Positions 19,462 through 29,578 of a stretch of DNA of 64,000 bases are shown one piece after another. Within the stretch, counting starts at the first letter, position 1; each line of letters opens with the position of its first letter. Where the stretch lies: positions 32,001 to 96,000 of the forward strand of contig CAXXIN010000018.1 of the NCBI GenBank assembly GCA_963665275.2. The letters run 5' to 3'. The notes beneath the pieces were generated by a model. It was given only the letters and a program-made list of their open reading frames with translations, was not told the DNA's origin and ran no database searches. The stretch is from Negativicutes bacterium. GTDB lineage: Bacteria; Bacillota; Negativicutes; UBA1444. Made by a program: the position numbers and the translations under genes.

Positions 19462-21587
19462 CGGCAGGATGCGTAACCGTTGCGTTGGCAGGAAATCCAA
19501 ACTCCGGCAAGACGACGATTTTTAATAATATAACAGGTGCGAGACAACATGTAGGAAATTATGCGGGAGTTACGGTGGAACGCAGGGAAGGATATCGGCG
19601 GTTTCAAGGCAAAGACCTGATGGTGATTGATCTGCCGGGGACCTACAGTTTGACTGCCAATTCTCTGGATGAAGTCGTAGCGCGTAATGTGATTATCGAT
19701 GAAAAACCAGATTTAATTGTCAATGTTTTGGATGCCTCCAACCTAGAACGAAATTTATATCTGGCGGTACAACTGCTGGAATTGGAGCGTCCCGTTGTGT
19801 TGGCGCTTAACATGAAGGATGTTGCGGAGCAGGCCGGCGTCAAGTTGGACGAAGCGGCATTGCAAAAGAAGTTCGGCATCCCAGTGGTAGGGTTGGTCGG
19901 AAATCGGAACCAGGGCACAGATGAACTGTTGCAGGCAGTCATTGATTTAGTGCCGAATCTATCACATAAGCCCTTCTCAATTGACTACGGACCGAAGATT
20001 GAATCGGCCCTTACGAAGGTGATAGAAGCGCTGGAAACACTTACTGATATCAAGTACCCGAGGCGCTGGCTGGCAATCAAACTGATGGAAAAGGACAGCG
20101 ATGTTCAGGACGCTTTGGCCCAAATCAAAGGTGGGTCTGCAGTCTTGGCGATCGTCGAGGCGGCGCGCACCATCTTGATGACTGATGTTGGTGAAGAACT
20201 AGAAATTGCAATGGCTGAGAGACGATATCAATTCGTAGATGAAATTTATCGCGAATTCGTTGACTCAAAGGCACAAAGCGAACAAAGCCCTTCGGACCGA
20301 ATTGACCGTATTTTGACGCACCGAATTTTTGGAATACCCTTGTTTTTTGGCATCATGTGGGTTTTATTCAATGTTGTGTTCACGGTTGGTGAGATTCCCA
20401 AAGGCTGGCTTGAAGAAGGGGTAAAATGGTTCAGTAGCACTTTGTCTGCTAATATGGCTGATGGCGAATTGCGGTCTCTATTGGTTGATGGAGTAGTCGG
20501 AGGGGTAGGAAGCGTAATAACGTTCCTGCCTAGCATTTTGCTACTGTTCTTGGGAATTTCTTTGTTGGAAGATACCGGTTATATGGCTCGCGCTGCCTTC
20601 GTAATGGATCGAGTGATGCGGGCGGTAGGGTTGCATGGAAAGTCATTCATCCCTTTACTTCTTGGCTTTGGTTGCAGCGTACCGGCGATTATGGGTACCC
20701 GGACGCTGGAAAATCGGGGCGACAGGATGGTGACGATTCTGGTGTCTCCTCTGATGAGCTGCAGCGCTCGCTTGCCTGTCTATACATTGCTGATTGCAGC
20801 CTTCTTTCCCGAAAGTATGGCCGGAAGCGTACTGTTTTCGATTTATTTTCTGGGGATTGCCTTGGCCATTGGAATGGCGCTAGTATTTCGCAAGTGGCTG
20901 TTCCCTGGAACAACGGAAGCTTTCATCATGGAGATGCCTCCCTATCATATGCCGACAATGCGCAGCATCATGATTCACATGTGGGAACGAAGTGTTCTAT
21001 ATTTGAAAAAAGCCGGTACTTTGATATTGACGGCTTCCATCTTGATCTGGTTTATGACGAACTATCCTGTCAATGTGGAATACAGTAAAGACTTTGATGC
21101 GGCCAAGGAAGCAGTAACTGCGGAGTTTGATGTAATTGCTGCGGCTCCAATGCTTGCTCAATTGGATCAGGAACAAGCTTCGGAAAAACTCGCGCTTAGC
21201 TATGCCGGCCAATTTGGGCATTTTGTCGAACCGGCGATTAAGCCACTCGGATTCGATTGGAAAATGGGAGTGGGCTTGGTTTCCGCAGTAGCCGCAAAGG
21301 AGGTTTTGGTCAGTACGTTGGCGACTATTTACAGTGTGGCTGATACAGAGGGCGATTCCCAATCACTGCAAGAGGCGCTTGCGGCGGATCCAACATTCAA
21401 TCCCTTGGTGGCGGTGAGCCTGATGGTGTTTACACTTCTTTACTCACCGTGTCTGGCTGTACTGGCAGTGATTCGCAGGGAAACGAATTCGTGGAAATGG
21501 CCGGCATTCAGTTTTGCCTATTCGACGGGGTTGGCTTGGATTATGGCGTTTCTGGTTTACCAGGGAGGAACGGCACTAGGATTCTAG
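19458..21587 (+). CDS. feoB: Ferrous iron transport protein B
   Basis: GNPNSGKT, VGNYAGVTVE, DLPGTYSL, GFGCSVPA, MSCSAR; ATGA overlap with feoA. Confidence 0.96.
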   Translation: MTAGCVTVALAGNPNSGKTTIFNNITGARQHVGNYAGVTVERREGYRRFQGKDLMVIDLPGTYSLTANSLDEVVARNVIIDEKPDLIVNVLDASNLERNLYLAVQLLELERPVVLALNMKDVAEQAGVKLDEAALQKKFGIPVVGLVGNRNQGTDELLQAVIDLVPNLSHKPFSIDYGPKIESALTKVIEALETLTDIKYPRRWLAIKLMEKDSDVQDALAQIKGGSAVLAIVEAARTILMTDVGEELEIAMAERRYQFVDEIYREFVDSKAQSEQSPSDRIDRILTHRIFGIPLFFGIMWVLFNVVFTVGEIPKGWLEEGVKWFSSTLSANMADGELRSLLVDGVVGGVGSVITFLPSILLLFLGISLLEDTGYMARAAFVMDRVMRAVGLHGKSFIPLLLGFGCSVPAIMGTRTLENRGDRMVTILVSPLMSCSARLPVYTLLIAAFFPESMAGSVLFSIYFLGIALAIGMALVFRKWLFPGTTEAFIMEMPPYHMPTMRSIMIHMWERSVLYLKKAGTLILTASILIWFMTNYPVNVEYSKDFDAAKEAVTAEFDVIAAAPMLAQLDQEQASEKLALSYAGQFGHFVEPAIKPLGFDWKMGVGLVSAVAAKEVLVSTLATIYSVADTEGDSQSLQEALAADPTFNPLVAVSLMVFTLLYSPCLAVLAVIRRETNSWKWPAFSFAYSTGLAWIMAFLVYQGGTALGF

Positions 21588-21776
21588 ATATAAAAATTGC
21601 GGGCATGGTTACGTATAATATTATTGCACAAAAGGGTTTATTGGGCATTTGTCGACGACCTGTCCATAGCGGCGATCAGGTGGAGGATTTTGGCGAAATG
21701 ATTGTAATGATTATTATGAAGACAGTGCTTAGCGGCAGGTGTTTTTGATCCGAAAATAAGGTATAATAAGCCAACA

Positions 21777-21848
21777 AGGCAATGAAGATTGCCATAGGTA
21801 CAGAGAAGTATCAATTGACCGTGTAAATGCGGTAATTGGTACTTTTTT
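21777..21848 (+). promoter_or_regulatory. ANTAR-type twin-hairpin leader overlapping an intrinsic terminator
   Basis: Loops AATGAA (imperfect stem) and AGAGAA (GGTAC/GTATC stem); second hairpin overlaps terminator AAGTATCAATT...AATTGGTACTT-TTTT. Confidence 0.6.
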
Positions 21849-21872
21849 GTACATAAAGCGAGGAGTGGAGCA

Positions 21873-22307
21873 ATGATGATGGCTATCACGCGCAATGAGA
21901 CTTATTTGGAACTGTATCGCAACGATTACCAGTCGGCACAGGGATACCATCGTCGAGCAGAAAAGTTTGCACAGACAGGACATCCGGCCAATTTGGTGTT
22001 CCATATCGCCACCATGGCTCTCGAACGGTATTTGGTCGCGCTGTGCGATCTATACGGCGTATCGCCGCAAAACCATAATTATGCCTGCTTGATGGAGGCT
22101 GCTGAAACAGTGGTCGACTTCCCCGACGAATTGAATCAGGAAATTCGATCATTGGATGAAATCTTTGGCATTTGTTCGCTTGAAATCAATCCTCACGGCG
22201 ACCCGGAAGCTTCGGATGCGGGCAGGGTGCTGGTCCTATGCGGGGAAGTGCGGAAAATTTTGGACACGACGGGGCAATCGGTTCCAGTGGTCAAACGCCC
22301 GGCATAA
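21873..22307 (+). CDS. HEPN-like helical protein of unknown function
   Basis: A.ERYL.A...P.NHN pattern typical of HEPN-fold annotations; RBS GAGGAG. Confidence 0.55.
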   Translation: MMMAITRNETYLELYRNDYQSAQGYHRRAEKFAQTGHPANLVFHIATMALERYLVALCDLYGVSPQNHNYACLMEAAETVVDFPDELNQEIRSLDEIFGICSLEINPHGDPEASDAGRVLVLCGEVRKILDTTGQSVPVVKRPA

Positions 22308-22378
22308 TGAGTCGAAGGTAACACTTTTGAACGCTTGCACCGCGAACAACACGGGTGGGAAAACGGGAGGACGTTATA

Positions 22379-24085
22379 GTGAATAGTAAATCTTTGCGTA
22401 CCAAGATTCTGTTGGCATTTCTGTTAGTATGCTTGGTATTCGTTTCTGGTTCGGTGGTGATATATTACCAGGTTGGTATTGCGCGGGATGCGATGGAGGA
22501 CTCTTCAGTACGGGCTGCGGATATGGAAACAGTTATGACTCTGAAGTCCCTGATCGGGGTTATGTATGGCTATCAGGCGGATTTGATTATTAATGGCAGT
22601 ATGGATTCGATTAAAGAGTATAAGGAGAAAATCGCACTTTTTAGCGGCCTCGTTGCGAAGGTGACCAAGTCGGCTGACACGGAGGAAGAGAAAAATGTCG
22701 CAGCCAAGATGGGCAAGGCGGCAACCGAGTTTTTGGCAAGTTTCGAAAAAATTTCGGGCGTATTCAATCGCCGCGGCGTGATGACGTCGGAACAATTGAC
22801 GTTGGAAATGAAGCAAGTCGACGCAGAGACCGACATCCCCAAAGAAATACTCTACAAATCACTTGATTTTATGGAGGCATCTTTGGCGAAGGAAGCCGGA
22901 CACTCGGCTATTGAGGGAAAAACCGCATTGAACAAGGTCGTTGCCGCATCCGTGACGATTCCACTTGTTGCCGCCGTATTGGCGATCGGTATCGCTTTCG
23001 TTATGGCTCGGCGCATTACGAAGCCCATCCAGGCAATGGCCGGCGTAACACGGGTTGTGGCCAATGGTGATTTAAGCGTAAGGCTGGAGGTAACTTCCCA
23101 AGACGAGATTGGTATCTTGCAAACCAATTTTGTTACGATGATCAATAATTTACGCGGCCTTGTACAAGGGTCGGCGAAAATCAGCCAACAACTTGCCGCC
23201 TCCTCCGAAGAACTGACAGCTGGCGCGCATCAGTCAGCTGATGCTTCCGGCAATATCGCCGAATCCATCGCGACGGTGGCTCGCGGCAGTCAGCAGCAGG
23301 TGGCTGCGGTTAACGAAGCTGCGGCTATCGTGCAGGAAATTGCCGCAACGATGGAGGAAGTGTCAGCTACAGCCGGCGAGATGGCCGTGATGTCCGAACA
23401 GACAGCCAAAGCGGCGATTGCCGGAAAGGCATCCGTGGACAGGGCTGTTTCGCAGATGGGCGAAGTCAGTGTGGGGGCGAAACAGGCGCAGGTGGCTGCG
23501 GAAGAGCTCAAGGCGAGTTCGACGCAGATCGGTGAAATCGTGGGTCTGATCTCGAGCATCGCCGGACAGACGAATTTACTGGCTCTGAATGCAGCGATCG
23601 AAGCGGCGCGGGCCGGTGAACAGGGCCGCGGGTTCGCGGTCGTGGCCGAAGAGGTGCGCAAACTGGCCGAGCAGTCGGAAGCGGCGGCGCATGAAATCAA
23701 AACTCTTGTCGGCGGCAACCACACCAGTATTGGCAATGTAGTCGGCGCCATCGATGTCGCCATCGGCAAAATATCACAGGGCGTGGAGCTGGTCAATGTG
23801 GCGGGGACAAACTTCGGGGAGATCAACGGACAAATTGGTCAAATGACGGATCAAGTCCACATTATCGCGAAGGCGGTCAACGAAGCGGCTGCCGACAGTC
23901 AGCGCATCGTCAGCTCCATCAGGGGTGTCGGGAACCTGAGCCGTGATGCGGCGGCTGAATCACAGAACGTGTCGGCGGCCACCGAAGAACAATCCGCATC
24001 CATGGAAGAAATCGCCGCTTCCAGCCAGGCGCTGGCCAAATTGGCCCAGGAACTGCAGGATGCCGTAGCCAAATTCCATATATAA
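22379..24085 (+). CDS. Methyl-accepting chemotaxis protein
   Basis: 2 TM + HAMP; [38 protein letters not shown]. Confidence 0.95.
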   Translation: MNSKSLRTKILLAFLLVCLVFVSGSVVIYYQVGIARDAMEDSSVRAADMETVMTLKSLIGVMYGYQADLIINGSMDSIKEYKEKIALFSGLVAKVTKSADTEEEKNVAAKMGKAATEFLASFEKISGVFNRRGVMTSEQLTLEMKQVDAETDIPKEILYKSLDFMEASLAKEAGHSAIEGKTALNKVVAASVTIPLVAAVLAIGIAFVMARRITKPIQAMAGVTRVVANGDLSVRLEVTSQDEIGILQTNFVTMINNLRGLVQGSAKISQQLAASSEELTAGAHQSADASGNIAESIATVARGSQQQVAAVNEAAAIVQEIAATMEEVSATAGEMAVMSEQTAKAAIAGKASVDRAVSQMGEVSVGAKQAQVAAEELKASSTQIGEIVGLISSIAGQTNLLALNAAIEAARAGEQGRGFAVVAEEVRKLAEQSEAAAHEIKTLVGGNHTSIGNVVGAIDVAIGKISQGVELVNVAGTNFGEINGQIGQMTDQVHIIAKAVNEAAADSQRIVSSIRGVGNLSRDAAAESQNVSAATEEQSASMEEIAASSQALAKLAQELQDAVAKFHI

Positions 24086-24113
24086 GAGATATTGCAGAAC
24101 GGCAGATATTCAT

Positions 24114-24148
24114 AAGGGGTTTGCGGAAACGCAGATCCCTTGCTTTTG
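24114..24148 (+). terminator. Intrinsic terminator after MCP
   Basis: AAGGGGTTTGCG-GAAA-CGCAGATCCCTT-GCTTTT. Confidence 0.6.
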
Positions 24149-24317
24149 CCCAAACAACTAACTCAACATGGTTGGCAGCAATCTAGGATTTTCGTCACAG
24201 CCTTCCCGGTAGTCTCATAGGTCTTTTGGTTCATCTTCAACACATTCCGGGAGCGGCAGGGAAAACGGGGCGAAACTGTGCTATAATCAAAAATGATTAT
24301 GGGGAAAGGGGCAATCC

Positions 24318-25391
24318 ATGTTGCGGTTTCGAGTTTGGGCAGCAATGCTGCTGTTGTTGGGGCTGAGTTTTTTTGCAGTGGCAGTTTCAGCGGCGCCTGC
24401 CGATACTGATGTCAAAATCAGCGGCATTCGATGGAGCCGCACGACGGATGCGATAACCGGGTTGATCAATGTCCGTCTGATACTCGAGACCAGTGGACCG
24501 GTGGAAGTGGACCAGTTCCTTACCAAAGTTCCGAATTGGCGGCTTGTTCTTACGTTAGCCGGCGTGAAGGCTGGCAACCTTGCGGTTCCTCCTTCACCGG
24601 ACGTCGCCGTTGTAACGAAAATGAGCGTGGTCAGTTCAGTAAAGAATTTTACGCATGTTATCATTGATTTCCCCGGGGAATTGAAAAATGACCAGTATAA
24701 GATCAGCACGGTTCCGGCTGATTCGAAAAATAAAAAGCCATTCCAGATTGTCATTGACATGCAGAAAACCGTGAAACCCGGTGAACTGAATTTTCTCCCC
24801 GGCCTGAAGGGCAAGGTAGTCGTAGTTGATCCGGGACATGGCGGTTCGGACCCCGGGGCTATTGGCCCGATGGGGACTCGTGAAAAATTGTTGAATTTGA
24901 ATTTGGCGATGCAGGTCAAAACGGATCTGGAAAAAGCGGGCGCCAAAGTCTTGATGACGCGCGAAACCGATATTGATGTATTCGGTCCCAGGGCAACTGA
25001 CCGCGAGGAGCTGTGGGCCAGGGTGAAGGTCGCCAATTTTTGTCAGGCTGATATTTTCATCAGCATCCACCATAATGCGTCCGCCAATCGAGAGGCCAGA
25101 GGAACTTCGACATATTATTACCAGAAGACAACCCACGACGTGATATTGGCCCAGGATATCCAACGGGAGATGCTGCAGGCGGGTGGGTTGCCCAATGTCG
25201 GGGTGAAGCAGGCCAATTTCTTCGTGGTAAAAAATGCCACGATGCCGGCGGCTCTGCTGGAAGTCGGTTTCATTTCCAACCCGCAGGAAGAACAGCTTCT
25301 GGGGGATGTTTCTTTTCGGCGAAAAATGTCGCAGGCGATCGTAGTCGGGATCAATCAGTTTTTTGACCAAGTGGGAAAACTGGGGGAATAA
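24318..25391 (+). CDS. N-acetylmuramoyl-L-alanine amidase (Amidase_3) with signal peptide
   Basis: VDPGHGGSDPGA, FISIHHNA, LLEVGFISN. Confidence 0.92.
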   Translation: MLRFRVWAAMLLLLGLSFFAVAVSAAPADTDVKISGIRWSRTTDAITGLINVRLILETSGPVEVDQFLTKVPNWRLVLTLAGVKAGNLAVPPSPDVAVVTKMSVVSSVKNFTHVIIDFPGELKNDQYKISTVPADSKNKKPFQIVIDMQKTVKPGELNFLPGLKGKVVVVDPGHGGSDPGAIGPMGTREKLLNLNLAMQVKTDLEKAGAKVLMTRETDIDVFGPRATDREELWARVKVANFCQADIFISIHHNASANREARGTSTYYYQKTTHDVILAQDIQREMLQAGGLPNVGVKQANFFVVKNATMPAALLEVGFISNPQEEQLLGDVSFRRKMSQAIVVGINQFFDQVGKLGE

Positions 25392-25452
25392 TCGTCCACA
25401 ATCCAATATCCTTAGTCAAGCAAAATCTTCGTGCGAATGCACGGAGGTTTTT

Positions 25453-25518
25453 TTGACACAATTTTTACGTTGCGACAACAATCTTTGACGATTTTTTTAC
25501 TATTGCAGGTGCTAGTAT
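25453..25518 (+). promoter_or_regulatory. KdpE-type promoter 1 (four TT(T/G)AC half-sites plus -10)
   Basis: Half-sites at 25453, 25464, 25485, 25496; TGcTAGTAT -10 at 25513. Confidence 0.65.
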
Positions 25519-25562
25519 CATGATGGATCAGGAATCGATTTGAATATGCGGAGGCGAAGCAC

Positions 25563-27461
25563 TTGTCATCAACCATTGTCCACCCCGCACCGGAAAGTTT
25601 GTGGGGTAAGTTATCCCGGCTGCTGTTGGGCAGGGCCCTGCGGAATGATCAACTGGCGGAAGAGAAATTCACCACATTCTGGGGATTGCCTATCCTGTCC
25701 AGTGACCCGATTTCTTCGGTCGCTTACGCCAGCGAAGAAATTTTGTATGTGTTGATTCCTGTAATCGGACTTTTGGCATACACGCAGATGTTCCATATCG
25801 CATTGGCAATCGTTGCGCTATTGTTCATACTCGTATTTTCTTACCGACAGACCATTGATGCGTATCCGTGCGGCGGCGGTTCCTATATAGTGGCCCATGA
25901 CAATCTCGGCGAGATCCCAGGGCTTACCGCTGCGGCAACCTTATCCATCGACTATATTCTGACCGTTGCCGTCAGTGTGGCTGCCGGAACTGCAGCCATT
26001 ACTTCCGCCATTCCCGAATTGCTTGTCCATCGTGTGCCTATTGCGCTGTTCTTCATATTGATCCTGACTATGGGCAATCTGCGGGGAATCAAGGACTCAT
26101 CCCGCATGTTCGGCTTACCGACGTATGCGTTCATTGTTTCCATGCTGATCATGATCGTTTATGGGATTTACAAGGTTCATGTCGGCGGGTTCATTCCGCA
26201 AGCAGTGCCACAGATGCCGGTTGTGGCGGGTGAGATTACGCTTTTCCTAATTTTACGGGCCTTTGCTGCCGGTTGTACCGCGCTGACAGGTGTGGAAGCG
26301 GTTAGCAATGCGATTCCCAATTTCAAACAACCGTGCCAGGCTAAAGCGAAAAGTGTACTGGCTTGGTTATCATTGATCGTTCTGATAATTTTTGGCGGTA
26401 CTTCATATCTGGCGACACTCTACCATGCGTTGCCCAATCCAGACTCCACTGTGGTTGCACAGATTGCCGGGCAAGTCTTCGGCGACAGTCCCATGTACTA
26501 CATCGTTCAGTTCACGACGGCCCTCATCCTGGTCATGGCTGCCAACACGGCTTATACCGACTTTCCCCTGCTGATGTCGCTACTGGCGAAAGACAGCTAT
26601 GTGCCGCGCCAGTTCGCACATCGCGGCGGCCGGCTGAATTTTTCCAACGGCATTGATTTTCTCGGATTAGCCGCTGCGGTTCTGGTCATTGTTTTTGACG
26701 GGGAAACCCACCTTTTGCTGCCTTTGTATGCTGTGGGAGTGTTTGCCTCTTTCACATTATCCCAGTCCGGCATGTGGTGGCGATGGGTGAAAAACAAAAC
26801 CCCGGGATGGAAACATAAGGCTGCGATCAACGGTTTCGGCGCCGTGGTCACCTTTGTTACGGTACTGATTATCGGCGCAACGAAATTTATGTCAGGTGCC
26901 TGGATCGTATGTCTGCTGGTACCCATATTCATTTATGGCATGCTGAAGGTGAAATCTCATTATGCCATGGTTGCCGAACAACTCAGCCTGCCTCTCAGCG
27001 AAAAGGCTGCCGAGCTCGCCGGCAACGAGAAGCAAGAAAAACACATTATTATTCCCTTGGCCTCCCTCAATCGGGCCTCGTTCAAAGCATTGTGGTATGC
27101 CAAGCGGCTGGCGGGTTATAGTAGCATTCGCGCGTTCCATGTGGCCGTGGACGAGGAAGCAGCCGTAAAATTGCGTCAAAAATGGACGGATTTCAATCTG
27201 GAGATCCCGCTGATTATCAGAGTGTCACCTTATCGGGACACGATCGCGCCGCTACTTGACTATGTTCGCGATGAAGAGCGGACATTTGGGCAAGGCGACT
27301 TGATTGCCGTTGTAATTCCGCAATTTGTCGTGCAGAAATGGTGGCATAACTTGCTGCACAACCAGACCAGTTATTTCATACGCAGCCGATTGATGAAGGA
27401 TCCCCGGATTGCGATCGTCACCGTGCCGTACCCCTTACGCGAGAATAAATCAACCCAATAA
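25563..27461 (+). CDS. KimA/YdaO-like APC-family K+ transporter
   Basis: LSSDPISSVAYASEE, YPCGGGSY, DYILTVAVS, ALTGVEA, LPLYAVGVF, LLHNQT; sits next to kdp. Confidence 0.88.
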   Translation: MSSTIVHPAPESLWGKLSRLLLGRALRNDQLAEEKFTTFWGLPILSSDPISSVAYASEEILYVLIPVIGLLAYTQMFHIALAIVALLFILVFSYRQTIDAYPCGGGSYIVAHDNLGEIPGLTAAATLSIDYILTVAVSVAAGTAAITSAIPELLVHRVPIALFFILILTMGNLRGIKDSSRMFGLPTYAFIVSMLIMIVYGIYKVHVGGFIPQAVPQMPVVAGEITLFLILRAFAAGCTALTGVEAVSNAIPNFKQPCQAKAKSVLAWLSLIVLIIFGGTSYLATLYHALPNPDSTVVAQIAGQVFGDSPMYYIVQFTTALILVMAANTAYTDFPLLMSLLAKDSYVPRQFAHRGGRLNFSNGIDFLGLAAAVLVIVFDGETHLLLPLYAVGVFASFTLSQSGMWWRWVKNKTPGWKHKAAINGFGAVVTFVTVLIIGATKFMSGAWIVCLLVPIFIYGMLKVKSHYAMVAEQLSLPLSEKAAELAGNEKQEKHIIIPLASLNRASFKALWYAKRLAGYSSIRAFHVAVDEEAAVKLRQKWTDFNLEIPLIIRVSPYRDTIAPLLDYVRDEERTFGQGDLIAVVIPQFVVQKWWHNLLHNQTSYFIRSRLMKDPRIAIVTVPYPLRENKSTQ

Positions 27462-27471
27462 TCATTGCCCC

Positions 27472-27498
27472 AAAAGGCCGCCTTCGGGTGGCTTTTTT
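27472..27498 (+). terminator. Intrinsic terminator after kimA-like gene
   Basis: AAAAGGCCGCC-TTCG-GGTGGCTTTTTT. Confidence 0.75.
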
Positions 27499-27514
27499 GC
27501 TTCTTCCAAGAATC

Positions 27515-27580
27515 TTTACAATTTATTGACGTCTATGGGAAATACTTTTACGCTATATTGACGCGCAAGCATGTTACCAT
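27515..27580 (+). promoter_or_regulatory. KdpE-type promoter 2 (kdp operon)
   Basis: Half-sites at 27515, 27526, 27547, 27558; TGtTACCAT -10 at 27575. Confidence 0.7.
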
Positions 27581-27620
27581 CAATTTGTAAGAAAACCTTT
27601 CAAGGAAGTAGGTGGGAATC

Positions 27621-27719
27621 ATGACAAACTCGGATATTGTTAATTTGGCGGTAGTGATGTTGTTCATTGGCCTTTGCGCCGGATTGTTTTTTTGGCCGTA
27701 CCTGATGCGGTTCAAGTAG
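27621..27719 (+). CDS. Small hydrophobic peptide upstream of kdpF (KdpZ/KdpG-like position)
   Basis: MTNSDIVNLAVVMLFIGLCAGLFFWPYLMRFK; single TM; RBS-like AGGTGGG; below ORF-track cutoff. Confidence 0.6.
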   Translation: MTNSDIVNLAVVMLFIGLCAGLFFWPYLMRFK

Positions 27720-27764
27720 AAATAAATTATGCTGATTTGCCTAAATAATGAGGGGGTAGTAACC

Positions 27765-27851
27765 GTGATTGACTTTTGGGTGGCCGGAATTGTTTTTGGG
27801 TTGCTGTTGATCTATCTTGTGTACGCATTACTGAAACCGGAGGAGTTTTAA
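27765..27851 (+). CDS. kdpF: K+-transporting ATPase subunit F
   Basis: MIDFWVAGIVFGLLLIYLVYALLKPEEF with YLVYALL.PE.F signature; RBS GAGGGGG. Confidence 0.9.
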   Translation: MIDFWVAGIVFGLLLIYLVYALLKPEEF

Positions 27852-27852
27852 G

Positions 27853-29559
27853 ATGATAATGGACATAACGGTATTTGCCTTATTTCTGGCGATACTGATT
27901 TTATTGGCCTTGCCATTGGGCAGATACATGGCCAAAGTTTTCACTTTCGAAAAAACGCTGTTCGACCCCGTGTTTTGCCCTATCGAAAAGTTGATTTATC
28001 GGTTGTCTGGGATAAACCCGGACCAAGAAATGAACTGGAAGCAGTATGCAGGCGCCTTGTTACTGTTTAACGCAATCGGAGCCGTTGTGGTATATACCAT
28101 TCAGCTGCAGCAGGGTTGGCTGCCGTTCAATCCCGAAGGGTTGTCCGGCGTGCCTACCTGGCACTCGGCGCTCAATACCGCGGTCAGCTTCATGACCAAT
28201 ACCAATTGGCAGTCCTATTCACCCGAATCAACCATGAGCTATTTTACCCAAATGACCGCGTTGACGGTGCAAAATTTCAAATCGGCGGCCACCGGGATTG
28301 TAGTGGCAATTGCGCTGGTTCGCGGACTTACCCGCAAGACGGCCAGTACCATCGGCAACTTTTGGGCTGATTTGGTCCGGTGCGTCGTTTGGATCTTGAT
28401 CCCGCTATCCATCGTATTTTCCCTCGTTCTGGTTCAGCAGGGCGTCATTCAAAATCTGTCTTCTTATCTGAGCATCAATACACTGGAAGGGGTGGAGCAA
28501 AAGCTGGCCATGGGTCCTGTCGCCTCGCAGGAAGCGATCAAGATGATTGGCACCAACGGCGGCGGTTTCTTCAACGCCAACTCATCCCATCCCTTTGAAA
28601 ACCCAACGCCGTTAACCAATTTTCTGCAAGTTTTGAGCATTTTTCTGATTCCCGGCGCGCTGGTGTTCGCTTTCGGCCATATGTCCCGCGACAAGCGTCA
28701 GGGGTATGCTATCTTTGCAACCATGGCCATCCTGTTTATTATGATGCTGGCGGGAACTTATTTCAGTGAAATGTATGGCAACCCGATATTGGCTGGCATG
28801 GGCGTCAATAGCCCTACGGCCATGGAAGGCAAGGAGGTTCGTTTCGGCATCGGCGGCTCGGCCCTCTTTGCCACGGTAACGACAGCCGCTTCTTGCGGCG
28901 CGGTCAATTCCATGCATGACAGCTTCACTCCGTTCGGCGGTTTCTTTCCGCTACTGCAGATGAAACTGGGTGAAATCATTTTTGGCGGCGTCGGCGCCGG
29001 GTTTTACGGCATGATGATGTTCGTCGTTCTTACGGTGTTCATCGTCGGATTGATGGTAGGCAGAACGCCGGAATACCTGGGCAAGAAGGTGGAGGCCTGG
29101 GAAACGAAAATGGCGACTTTGGCCATTTTGGCCCCATCGGTTGTCATGCTTACCGGTAGTGCCATAGCCGCCGTGATTGAGCCGGGCACTTCAGCCCTGG
29201 CAAACGCAGGTCCGCATGGCCTGACAGAAATCGTTTACGCCTTTGACTCCGCCGCCGCCAATAATGGCAGCGCTTTTGCCGGACTCGGCGCCAACACTCT
29301 TTTCTATAATGTTGCCTTGGCTATCAATATGGTCGTTGGCAGGTTCGGCGTGATCATTCCGGTACTGGCCATTGCCGGCAGTATGGCGGAAAAGAAAACT
29401 TCTCCTCCCGGCCTCGGAACTTTTCCGACCACCGGCGGGCTGTTTGTAGTGATTCTTGCGGGTGTGGTAATCATCGTTGGCGCGCTGACCTTCCTGCCGA
29501 TACTTACATTGGGACCTGTGGTGGAGCACTTGCTTATGCTGCAGGGACAAATGTTTTAA
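27853..29559 (+). CDS. kdpA: K+-transporting ATPase subunit A
   Basis: [32 protein letters not shown]. Confidence 0.97.
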   Translation: MIMDITVFALFLAILILLALPLGRYMAKVFTFEKTLFDPVFCPIEKLIYRLSGINPDQEMNWKQYAGALLLFNAIGAVVVYTIQLQQGWLPFNPEGLSGVPTWHSALNTAVSFMTNTNWQSYSPESTMSYFTQMTALTVQNFKSAATGIVVAIALVRGLTRKTASTIGNFWADLVRCVVWILIPLSIVFSLVLVQQGVIQNLSSYLSINTLEGVEQKLAMGPVASQEAIKMIGTNGGGFFNANSSHPFENPTPLTNFLQVLSIFLIPGALVFAFGHMSRDKRQGYAIFATMAILFIMMLAGTYFSEMYGNPILAGMGVNSPTAMEGKEVRFGIGGSALFATVTTAASCGAVNSMHDSFTPFGGFFPLLQMKLGEIIFGGVGAGFYGMMMFVVLTVFIVGLMVGRTPEYLGKKVEAWETKMATLAILAPSVVMLTGSAIAAVIEPGTSALANAGPHGLTEIVYAFDSAAANNGSAFAGLGANTLFYNVALAINMVVGRFGVIIPVLAIAGSMAEKKTSPPGLGTFPTTGGLFVVILAGVVIIVGALTFLPILTLGPVVEHLLMLQGQMF

Positions 29560-29578
29560 AAAGGAGCGAGTGATTATA

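Noticed and set aside
24163-24345. Short minus-strand ORF between the MCP and amidase genes
   Set aside because: No convincing RBS or recognisable homology; overlaps the amidase promoter and start
25400-25562. c-di-AMP (ydaO) riboswitch expected upstream of the kimA-like gene
   Set aside because: No motif and no room; the region is a terminator plus a direct-repeat promoter
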